DNA of 32,000 nt. Source: Desulfotalea psychrophila LSv54 (lineage in GTDB: Bacteria; Desulfobacterota; Desulfobulbia; Desulfobulbales; Desulfocapsaceae). The translations under genes and the position numbers were made by a program. Shown here piece after piece: positions 24,611 through 32,000 of the stretch; the stretch's first letter is position 1; every line of letters starts with the position of its first letter. Location: the NCBI RefSeq assembly GCF_000025945.1, contig NC_006138.1, forward strand, positions 90,001-122,000, read 5' to 3'. Below the pieces are notes generated by a model. That model was not told where the DNA came from and made no database searches. It worked only from the letters and a program-made list of their open reading frames with translations.

Positions 24611-25838
24611 GAGTGGCAGCGCCCTTAAGCTTCCAACCATCAAAGGGAGAGTTTGCCCCCCGGGAACGGCCTTCTGCAATAAGGAAGGTATGTTCCAGCT
24701 CGGGATCAATTACGGTAACATCTGCAATAGCACCTACCCCCAGTTCACCACCGGCAACGGAAAGTATTTGGGCTGGTACTGAACTCATCAGTTCCACAAG
24801 GCGTGATGGAGTAAGAACACCATCACGAACAAGGGCAAGAGAGAGACCAAGAGATGTTTCAAGACCCACTATACCATTTGCCGCATACTCAAAGGTCACC
24901 TCTTTCTCAACAATGGAGTGAGGTGCATGATCGGTGGCTATGACATCGAGAGTTCCATCGGCTAAGGCCTGACGAATTGCCTGGCGATGCTCCTCAGTAC
25001 GTAGAGGCGGATTCATTTTGGCATGGGTGTCATATCCGATCACTGCATCATCGGTCAAAGAGAAGTAATGAGGTGCCGTCTCTGCTGTCACCGGCAAACC
25101 ACGTTTTTTCGCATCGCGAATAGCAGCCAGAGATTCTATACAGCTCACATGAGCAATATGGAGGCGAGCCCCGGTCAGCCCAGCCAGGGCAATTTCACGC
25201 TGAACCATAATCGATTCGGCAACGGCAGGAATACCCTTAAGACCAAGACGAGTCGCAACCAGACCCTCGTTCATGCAGCCTCGCTTACTCAGTGTTGGCT
25301 CCTCTGAATGAGAGATAACAAGCATATCATGGCTCTTGGCGTACTCCATGGCCCTGCGCATCAGCTGACTGCTTACCACCGGATTACCATCATCGGTAAG
25401 GGCAACAGCACCAGCATGCTTCATATCAGCATATTCAGCGAGACTCTCACCCTTAAGGCCTTCACTCAGCGCCCCAACAGGATAGACACGGGCAGCAGCC
25501 CCCTCGCTTTTTTCAAGGATATAACGGGTAACAGATCCGGTATCATTGACAGGATCGGTATTTGGCATACAGGCGACGGCAGTAAAACCACCAGCGGCAG
25601 CCGCATCGGTACCGGTTACAATACTCTCCTTATACTCTTCACCCGGATCACGCAGATGCACATGCATGTCTATCAGACCAGGCACCACCCACTTACCGGC
25701 AAGATCATAGATCTTTGCATCTTCCGGAACAGTCTCCTGAGGAGCAATGATCTGACCATCTTCCATCCAGATATCCGCATCTTCATCACGACGATTACGC
25801 GGATCAATAACCCTGCCACCCTTTAATATAATGATCAT
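24573..25838 (-). CDS. pyrC: Dihydroorotase (multifunctional-complex type, ~420 aa)
   Basis: 421-aa ORF with the metal ligands DMHVHLRDPG, ...TDHAPH..., and PGLIDMH. The ATG lies 2 nt after the pyrB stop. Confidence 0.94.
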   Translation of the reverse strand: MIIILKGGRVIDPRNRRDEDADIWMEDGQIIAPQETVPEDAKIYDLAGKWVVPGLIDMHVHLRDPGEEYKESIVTGTDAAAAGGFTAVACMPNTDPVNDTGSVTRYILEKSEGAAARVYPVGALSEGLKGESLAEYADMKHAGAVALTDDGNPVVSSQLMRRAMEYAKSHDMLVISHSEEPTLSKRGCMNEGLVATRLGLKGIPAVAESIMVQREIALAGLTGARLHIAHVSCIESLAAIRDAKKRGLPVTAETAPHYFSLTDDAVIGYDTHAKMNPPLRTEEHRQAIRQALADGTLDVIATDHAPHSIVEKEVTFEYAANGIVGLETSLGLSLALVRDGVLTPSRLVELMSSVPAQILSVAGGELGVGAIADVTVIDPELEHTFLIAEGRSRGANSPFDGWKLKGAATLTFVAGEESYCR

Positions 25839-25840
25839 AA

Positions 25841-26797
25841 CTAAACTCCCTGCTCCTCACCATTTCTATTGCCACCTGCAACCAGGTAGAGAAGTGCCAT
25901 ACGTACGGCAACACCGTTAGTCACCTGATCAAGGATTACAGAACCCTTTCCATCGGCCACATCGGGATTGAGTTCCACCCCCCGATTCACAGGTCCCGGG
26001 TGCATGATGATAACATCATCTGCTGCCCGCTCCAGAAGCTTTTTATTGACCCCATAACAGATGGAATACTCGCGAAGACTCGGAATCAACGGATCATTCT
26101 GTCTCTCCTTTTGAATGCGGAGAGCCATGACCACATTAGCATCCTGCACAGCCTCTGCAACAGAACTATAGACCTCCACCCCCATCGCCTCTATCCCCAT
26201 GGGAATAAAGGTAGCAGGACCGGCAAGGCGAACCGTGGCTCCCATCTTGGTGAAACCAATGATATCAGAGAGAGCAACACGACTATGGGCGATGTCACCA
26301 ATAATAGTAATAATCAAGCCCTTGATAGAGCCAAAATTATCCCGTACGGTCATCATATCAAGCAGGGCCTGACTTGGATGTTCGTGAGTACCATCACCTG
26401 CGTTAATGATAGATGCATCTATATGTTTGGCCAAAATTTGAGCAGCACCAGAACTCGAGTGACGCAGGACAATCGCATCCGGTCGCATCGCCTCAATATT
26501 ACGAGCTGTATCCACCAGGGTTTCACCCTTGGTGGTAGAACTGGTGGACCCTGAAATATTAAAGGTATCTGCACTCAATCTCTTCCCGGCAACTTCAAAG
26601 GAGAGACGCGTCCTGGTCGATGGCTCCAGAAAAAGATTCACCACCGTTTTACCGCGCAGTGTTGGCACCTTTTTTATGGAGCGCTCTGATATTTCTTTAA
26701 ACGATTGAGCCGTGTCAAGGATATGGACAATATCCTCCGTAGACATCTGCTCAATGCCAAAAATATGTTTATGTGAAAAACAGTATGTGGAATCCAT
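25841..26797 (-). CDS. pyrB: Aspartate carbamoyltransferase catalytic subunit
   Basis: Motifs [17 protein letters not shown] and HPGPVNRG are present. The start is taken at ATG 26797 ([13 protein letters not shown]...). The ORF track's TTG at 26851 adds 18 residues. Confidence 0.93.
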   Translation of the reverse strand: MDSTYCFSHKHIFGIEQMSTEDIVHILDTAQSFKEISERSIKKVPTLRGKTVVNLFLEPSTRTRLSFEVAGKRLSADTFNISGSTSSTTKGETLVDTARNIEAMRPDAIVLRHSSSGAAQILAKHIDASIINAGDGTHEHPSQALLDMMTVRDNFGSIKGLIITIIGDIAHSRVALSDIIGFTKMGATVRLAGPATFIPMGIEAMGVEVYSSVAEAVQDANVVMALRIQKERQNDPLIPSLREYSICYGVNKKLLERAADDVIIMHPGPVNRGVELNPDVADGKGSVILDQVTNGVAVRMALLYLVAGGNRNGEEQGV

Positions 26798-26857
26798 ATG
26801 CTCTATTTTTATAAGGTGTTTATAAAGATGCCTGTCCCAACAAAAAGACAAACATGA

Positions 26858-27502
26858 CTAATCAACCAACCTACCAATCCGCGCCCATTTTATAGACGTC
26901 CACCTATCAAGTGAGAAGAGGGGTTGCTTGATATTCCAAGACCAATAGAGAACAAATGCCTCACCCAGTATGGCCTTTTTATTCACAAATCCCCAAAAAC
27001 GACTATCATAGCTATTGTCACGATTATCCCCCATGACAAAAATGCTTCCATCCGGCACCAAAATGGGGCCAAGATTATCCCGGGGACTCTCACCACGAGG
27101 CAACATTGGAGAGTCAGTCACATAGGCATGGGAATCGTCAACCTTCTTCCCATTAATATAGATGACCTTGTTCTTTATTACAATTTGATCACCAGAAATA
27201 CCAACAACTCTTTTTATATAATCAATGGAGGGATCTTTAGGAAAACGAAAAACAACAATATCTCCGCGTTCAGGAGTACTTATGGGAATAATGGTTTTTC
27301 CAGAGAAAGGCGTTTTTATACCATAAATAAACTTATTGACCAGTAGGTGATCACCAATTTGCAGGGTAGGAAGCATTGAGCCAGACGGAATTTTAAAGGC
27401 CTGAACGACAAAAGTCCGGATAAAAAGAGCAAGAATAATGGCTACCACAATAGCTTCCACATATTCTCGCACGACCGATTTACCGTTTATATTTTTCCCC
27501 AA
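26858..27502 (-). CDS. lepB: Signal peptidase I
   Basis: 214-aa ORF with an N-terminal TM helix. It has the catalytic Ser box IPSGSMLPTL, the Lys box YIKRVVGISGD, and GDNRDNSYDSRFWG. TTG start preceded by AAGGGG. Confidence 0.92.
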   Translation of the reverse strand: MGKNINGKSVVREYVEAIVVAIILALFIRTFVVQAFKIPSGSMLPTLQIGDHLLVNKFIYGIKTPFSGKTIIPISTPERGDIVVFRFPKDPSIDYIKRVVGISGDQIVIKNKVIYINGKKVDDSHAYVTDSPMLPRGESPRDNLGPILVPDGSIFVMGDNRDNSYDSRFWGFVNKKAILGEAFVLYWSWNIKQPLFSLDRWTSIKWARIGRLVD

Positions 27503-27856
27503 AACAAACCCCTTAAAGTGTAGGTATGAGTACCTCTAAATAGAACCGCATACAAATCTTGCCCAAGCTACTGCAATTTTTTTTTTATTACAAGACTGTT
27601 ATACAGCTCTATTATGCAAAAATATAAAAAAAGAACAAGATCCTAACAATAATCTGGCAGAAGGATAATAAATAAATTAACAGTAATTTACCGATATATC
27701 AGAAAACAAAGAAGGCCAATACCCCTCATTTGAGCCCTTGACAAAGGGCTAATTCTATGTCCTAAATAACCTATAAACTTAGTTTCTTAATGAGGTTCAT
27801 CGTTCGTCACATTTTTTGTGCCTACATGATGCTGTTTTTTTTCACTTAGGATGATT

Positions 27857-28915
27857 ATGCAAATACCATTTCTATCCCGAAATAAGCTTGTTGTCGGCAT
27901 TGACATCGGCTCTCACTCGGTAAAAATTTGCCAACTCAAAAAAAATGGTAGCAGATATAGTCTGCTCTCCCTAGGCACGGCACTTCTTCCCGAAGGCGCT
28001 GTTGATGACGGTATCCTTAATGAACCATCTTTGGTCGGTGAAATAGTAAAAAACCTTCTACAAAATTTACGCATACGGAATAAAAAAATTGGTTTTTCTA
28101 TCTCTGGCTACTCTGTTATTGTAAAAAAAATTGTTCTCGATGCCATGGAAGATGCCCTGCTAGAAGAACACATCCTGGCTGAAGCTGAACAGTATATCCC
28201 CTTTGATCAGGATGATGTCTACCTCGACTTCCAAGATCTTAAGACCAACACAGATCCTCAGGACAGAACAGACATAATGCTAGTAGCGGCTAAAAAGGAG
28301 GTCGTCCAGGATTATCTGTTCATGTTTGAAGAACAGGGTCTTACTCCGGTTCTGGTTGATGTTGATGGCTTTGCCTTCGAGAATGCATTTGAGCACGCCC
28401 ACCCCAACGAAAAAGACGTTGCTCTCGTTAACATAGGTGCAACGACGATGAATATCAATCTTATCTCCAACGGTATTTCCGTTGTAGCAAGAGATATAGC
28501 GCTCGGTAGCCAACAGCTCACAGAGAAAATTCAGGATAACCTCGGCATCGAATTCAAAGAAGCCGAAGATATCAAGCTCGGAATAAGTCCTGCCGGGAAA
28601 AGCCAGGAACAGATAAGGGAGATATTCAACTCTACCTGTTCCTATTGGGTACTTGAGATTAAAAAATCTATTGATCTTTACCATGCCAACCATCAGGACA
28701 GACCACTGCAAAAAATTGTCCTTGCCGGCGGCGGAGCAAAGGTATCTGGTTTTGCCGATTTCCTCTCCCAGGAGACAGGAATTGACGTTAAAATTTTCTC
28801 ACCCTTTAAGGGTATTGATATTGATGAGAAAAATATCGATCCAGACTATCTCGCAAGTATTGGACCAGAAATGGCAATTGCCACCGGCATTGCTCTTCGA
28901 GAATCCGTTATTTAA
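27857..28915 (+). CDS. pilM: Type IV pilus assembly protein PilM (actin-like ATPase fold)
   Basis: VVGIDIGSHSVKICQLKK, the ...VDVDGFAFENAF... region and ...KIVLAGGGAKVSGFADFL are typical of PilM. The ATG at 27857 follows AGGA. The ATG at 27851 is the alternative. Confidence 0.9.
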   Translation: MQIPFLSRNKLVVGIDIGSHSVKICQLKKNGSRYSLLSLGTALLPEGAVDDGILNEPSLVGEIVKNLLQNLRIRNKKIGFSISGYSVIVKKIVLDAMEDALLEEHILAEAEQYIPFDQDDVYLDFQDLKTNTDPQDRTDIMLVAAKKEVVQDYLFMFEEQGLTPVLVDVDGFAFENAFEHAHPNEKDVALVNIGATTMNINLISNGISVVARDIALGSQQLTEKIQDNLGIEFKEAEDIKLGISPAGKSQEQIREIFNSTCSYWVLEIKKSIDLYHANHQDRPLQKIVLAGGGAKVSGFADFLSQETGIDVKIFSPFKGIDIDEKNIDPDYLASIGPEMAIATGIALRESVI

Positions 28916-28942
28916 TCACTATGGAATACACTCGGTAGACTT

Positions 28943-29518
28943 ATGCTCAAAATAAACCTTCTGCCAATCAGGCAGCTTAAAAAACGTGCTGAGGCAAAAA
29001 AACAGCTCCTTATGATCTTCATAAGTCTCTGTTTTATCATCTTTGCCTGCACCCTCGTTGGCATTCACCAATCGGGCACAATCGTTGATCTGGAAGATTC
29101 TATCAGTCGCCTACACAAGGAAAAGAACTCCTATAACCCCATATTGAAAAAGATAGAAAATCTCAAAAAACACAAGGCAGAGCTAGAGCGTAAAACAGCA
29201 GTTATCAAAACGCTCCAGCTAGACTCTTCGCTCTCCATGCATGTTTTAGATGAAGTTTCAAACTCTGTGGATAACAAGAGAATGTGGATCAACTCTCTCG
29301 ACCAAAATGGTGGCTCACTACGAATTTCAGGAATTGCCCTCGACAACAGGACCATTTCTGACTTCATGAATACCCTAAAGAGCTCCCCCTTTATCAGAGA
29401 AGTCAACTTAACAGGCACCTCCATGCAACAGGTTTCCGGCAGAAACCTTAAGAAGTTCTCTCTTACATGCGCTGTTTCTGTTCCTCAGCAGAAAGTAGCA
29501 CAGGTAAAAAAGTCATAA
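28943..29518 (+). CDS. pilN: Type IV pilus assembly protein PilN
   Basis: 191-aa ORF. The N-terminal INLLPIRQLKKR motif is followed by a single TM helix and a periplasmic coiled coil. It lies between pilM and pilO. Confidence 0.87.
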   Translation: MLKINLLPIRQLKKRAEAKKQLLMIFISLCFIIFACTLVGIHQSGTIVDLEDSISRLHKEKNSYNPILKKIENLKKHKAELERKTAVIKTLQLDSSLSMHVLDEVSNSVDNKRMWINSLDQNGGSLRISGIALDNRTISDFMNTLKSSPFIREVNLTGTSMQQVSGRNLKKFSLTCAVSVPQQKVAQVKKS

Positions 29519-29536
29519 AGGTTGCCCAGAGATACT

Positions 29537-30154
29537 ATGAATATTAACTCAACATCACTCACATCTTTTCTCGACAAAAAATATATCCCTCTGCAGCCCA
29601 GGGTGAAAATAGCTATAGCTGTGGCCATCCTTACCATCCCCCTATTGGCCTTTATCTTCCTCTACTCCCTGCCCAACAATGAGAAAATCACTCGTCTGCA
29701 ACAACAAGAAAAAAATACTCAGCAGACAGTGACGGTGGCAAAGAATAAGGCTGCCAACCTGGCAAAATTTCAAAAAGAGGTCGAGGCAACTACCCTGGAC
29801 TTTGAGACACAAGCAGCCCTTCTGCCAAAAGAGAAGGAGATCCCAAAACTCCTCAAAGATATTTCAGCTCTTGGTAGCAACACGGGCCTCGATTTTATCT
29901 CTTTTAAACCGCTGGCCAACAGGCCAAAAGACTTTTATGCTGAAATCCCCATATCCATTCAGGTACGTGGACCTTATCATAATGTTGGTTCTTTCTTTGA
30001 TCAGATAAACAAGTTAGAAAGAATTGTTTCTGTAAAAAGCGTAAAGATGACTTCCCCAAAAAAAGAAGATGGAGAAATGCTCTTAACCTCAAACTGCCAA
30101 CTGGTAACCTACCAATTCACCAATATTGAGTTACCTAAAAAGCAAAAAAAGTAA
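29537..30154 (+). CDS. pilO: Type IV pilus assembly protein PilO
   Basis: Single TM helix (IAIAVAILTIPLLAFIFLY), a coiled coil, then IPISIQVRGPYHNVGSFFDQINKLERIV, the typical PilO C-terminal domain. The start is uncertain (ATG 29537 or TTG 29522). Confidence 0.82.
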   Translation: MNINSTSLTSFLDKKYIPLQPRVKIAIAVAILTIPLLAFIFLYSLPNNEKITRLQQQEKNTQQTVTVAKNKAANLAKFQKEVEATTLDFETQAALLPKEKEIPKLLKDISALGSNTGLDFISFKPLANRPKDFYAEIPISIQVRGPYHNVGSFFDQINKLERIVSVKSVKMTSPKKEDGEMLLTSNCQLVTYQFTNIELPKKQKK

Positions 30155-30164
30155 GCATAACACT

Positions 30165-30689
30165 ATGAGAATACTCTCTTATAAAAAAAAATCACCGAAG
30201 GCTAAAGGCATATACTATCTTCTACCCACCGGTATATTATTAGCACAGACATGCCTTGCCAGCATAGCTCCCTCTTCTCTCGAAACGGCAGCAGATTCTT
30301 TTTTAAAAGATCAGGCCAGCTTCGAATATCAAATGGAAAACAGGCAGGATCCCTTTCTTCCCTTTATCAAGGAACAACAGGCCAGTACCCAAGCTAACAT
30401 GGATGAAATTGTTGACTCGGAAGAGACCTTATTTGGAATGAGGCTGTTTGAGCCGGATCAACTCAAGCTGGTCGCCATCCTGGCAACACCTGAAAAAAAG
30501 GTAGCAATGGTTCAGGATCTTATAGGACAGGGATTTACCATAGAGACCGGCACTCTTATTGGCAAACGTGGCGTCGTCAAAGATATCACTGCTAAATCAA
30601 TAATTATTGAAGAAACAGCCACAAACAGAGCTGGAAAGAAAAAAATAACTCAAATTATTATGGCATTAAAGTCAGAAGGAGAAGAGTAA
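30165..30689 (+). CDS. pilP: Type IV pilus assembly protein PilP (probable lipoprotein)
   Basis: 174 aa from ATG 30165 with a signal-like N-terminus ending ...LLAQTC. The segment DPFLPF and the C-terminal beta domain (LKLVAIL...KVAMVQD..G....G..IG) match the PilP pattern. It sits between pilO and pilQ. Confidence 0.72.
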   Translation: MRILSYKKKSPKAKGIYYLLPTGILLAQTCLASIAPSSLETAADSFLKDQASFEYQMENRQDPFLPFIKEQQASTQANMDEIVDSEETLFGMRLFEPDQLKLVAILATPEKKVAMVQDLIGQGFTIETGTLIGKRGVVKDITAKSIIIEETATNRAGKKKITQIIMALKSEGEE

Positions 30690-30692
30690 GCA

Positions 30693-32000
30693 ATGTACAA
30701 AAAACATAACACACGACATATCTTTGTGTTCTTTTGCGTCCTGTTTGCCCTGACAGCAGCCAATTCCCTCTTTGCTGCCACTGCAACAGACTTCAGCATC
30801 GACCAGGCTGATGCCAGCATCGACCATGAAACACTATCGCTTCTCCTCATGGGCAAGAGCACCCCGGTCTACACAGTTACAGAGAGATTTTCTCCCTTTC
30901 GAGTTGTTATCGATATCGCCAATGCCACCTTCAGTGGAGATATTACTCCAGATAAAATTCTTCCAAAAAATAAATTTGTTACGCTCAAGGTGACTGACCA
31001 TAGGGCAGGTAACACAGCAGCAACCCGCTTGGAATTCACTCTAGATAACAGCCACAACTACCGGGTCATAAATCGTCCCAACGGTTTAAAAATTACCTTT
31101 GCCCCCATAAAAAACGAGCTGGCAAAAGAACTGACCAGAATAACTGCATTTCAAGTCATAACAGCAAGCAAAACGACAACTATCAAGATCGTCGCCAATA
31201 ACAAAATCACAGATTACCAGGTAGACACCCTGAAAAAGTCAGCAGGAAAACCACCAAGAATGTATATCGATATTAACGAGGTGGATATCAGCCAACTTAT
31301 ACGGACAAAAGAGATAGGCACCTCCGTTGCGACAGTTCAGGCCGTACCCAGAGGCAATGGGGTACGAATTATTTTTGATTCTTCCTCCGAAACACTTTTT
31401 CACTACAGCATCCAATCAAGCCTCGAAGGGCTCAATGTAATTATTAATGAAAACAGCCAACCCCACCAGCAGTCAACGGATAACACCCTTAAAAGTCTCA
31501 TAGATTCTTCAGAAAGACTTGCCAACAGTGCAGGCGTATCCCTACAAAATGGCAAAAGCCCAACAAAACCCAATAAGCTCCAATCTGTATTTGCAGGCTA
31601 CGACCGCGAACGTATCAGCGTTGATTTTTTTAAGATCGACCTGCACAATGTATTCAGACTCCTCAGAGAGGTTTCCGGGCAAAATATTATTGTTGATGAG
31701 AGTGTCACCGGCTCCCTCACCCTGGCGCTTAAAGATGTACCCTGGGACTTTGCCCTTGATATTATACTCAATCTCAAAGATCTTGAAAAAGAAGAACGAT
31801 TTAACACCATTGTGATCTATGCCAAAAATAAGGCCTTTGTCTGGCCAAATCAATCTGTTGGCAGCCTCACCATCGAAGAGTCGCCCGAGATCATTGCCCA
31901 CGAAGAGTTAATCATCGAGCAGGCTGCCCAACAGCCTAAAGAAATTCTTCAAGCCAAGGAATTTTTAGCCCAGGCGCGCAAGGCTGAGAAAAAGGAACAA
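30693..32000 (+). CDS. pilQ: Type IV pilus secretin PilQ, N-terminal part (3' end outside the window)
   Basis: The frame is open for 436 codons from ATG 30693 to the window edge, so it is absent from the ORF track for lack of a stop codon. It has a signal peptide and two AMIN-like domains (FRVVIDIANATF...LKITF and PRMYIDINEV...VRIIF). The PilQ N0 domain follows: ISVDFFKIDLHNVFRLLREVSGQNIIVDESVTGSLTLALKDVPWDFALDIIL. Confidence 0.87.
   Translation, partial: MYKKHNTRHIFVFFCVLFALTAANSLFAATATDFSIDQADASIDHETLSLLLMGKSTPVYTVTERFSPFRVVIDIANATFSGDITPDKILPKNKFVTLKVTDHRAGNTAATRLEFTLDNSHNYRVINRPNGLKITFAPIKNELAKELTRITAFQVITASKTTTIKIVANNKITDYQVDTLKKSAGKPPRMYIDINEVDISQLIRTKEIGTSVATVQAVPRGNGVRIIFDSSSETLFHYSIQSSLEGLNVIINENSQPHQQSTDNTLKSLIDSSERLANSAGVSLQNGKSPTKPNKLQSVFAGYDRERISVDFFKIDLHNVFRLLREVSGQNIIVDESVTGSLTLALKDVPWDFALDIILNLKDLEKEERFNTIVIYAKNKAFVWPNQSVGSLTIEESPEIIAHEELIIEQAAQQPKEILQAKEFLAQARKAEKKEQ

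Noticed and set aside
31800-32000. Charged helical segment after the PilQ N0 domain (EELIIEQAAQQPKEILQAKEFLAQARKAEKKEQ), considered as a possible novel insertion
   Set aside because: A Glu/Lys/Gln-rich linker following the N0 domain is normal in PilQ secretins; P. aeruginosa PilQ has a comparable segment. The window ends here, so nothing unusual can be claimed.

Overview
This is a gene-dense bacterial chromosomal segment, mostly housekeeping genes. The gene content, roughly 45-50% G+C and a PilQ with AMIN domains suggest a Desulfobacterota / deltaproteobacterium-like organism, possibly Desulfobulbaceae-like. That guess cannot be verified here.

Gene order, left to right:
- Two translationally coupled ABC exporter half-transporter genes.
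- A block of simple-sequence repeats, a small membrane ORF and a nitroreductase.
- An A/T-rich patch holding a split hypothetical gene and slyX.
- A class IV aminotransferase coupled to a LysE exporter.
- An Aas-like AMP-dependent ligase.
- A polar amino-acid ABC importer (permease, binding protein, permease) with no ATPase gene.
- An MFS transporter.
- nikR followed by a PHP-type histidinol phosphatase that carries a 1-nt frameshift.
- asmA.
- On the minus strand: doxX, a ZIP metal transporter and nhaC.
- About 725 bp of purine-skewed sequence with no credible ORF.
- A tandemly duplicated tRNA-Leu(GAG) module.
- secG-tpiA-pgk-rimI-gap on the minus strand, sfsA on the plus strand, then pyrC-pyrB-lepB on the minus strand.
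- The start of a type IV pilus assembly operon, pilMNOPQ, with pilQ truncated by the window end.

I found no CRISPR array, transposase, integrase, or recognisable multi-gene defence or novel system. The observations most worth a second look are non-coding or gene-integrity features:
- the composite repeat block at 1925-2143;
- two +1-nt frameshifts, in the histidinol phosphatase and in a hypothetical gene;
- a 25-bp perfect palindrome upstream of the ligase gene;
- the unexplained purine-rich region at 18330-19054;
- the duplicated tRNA-Leu module, whose spacer carries a near-consensus promoter.
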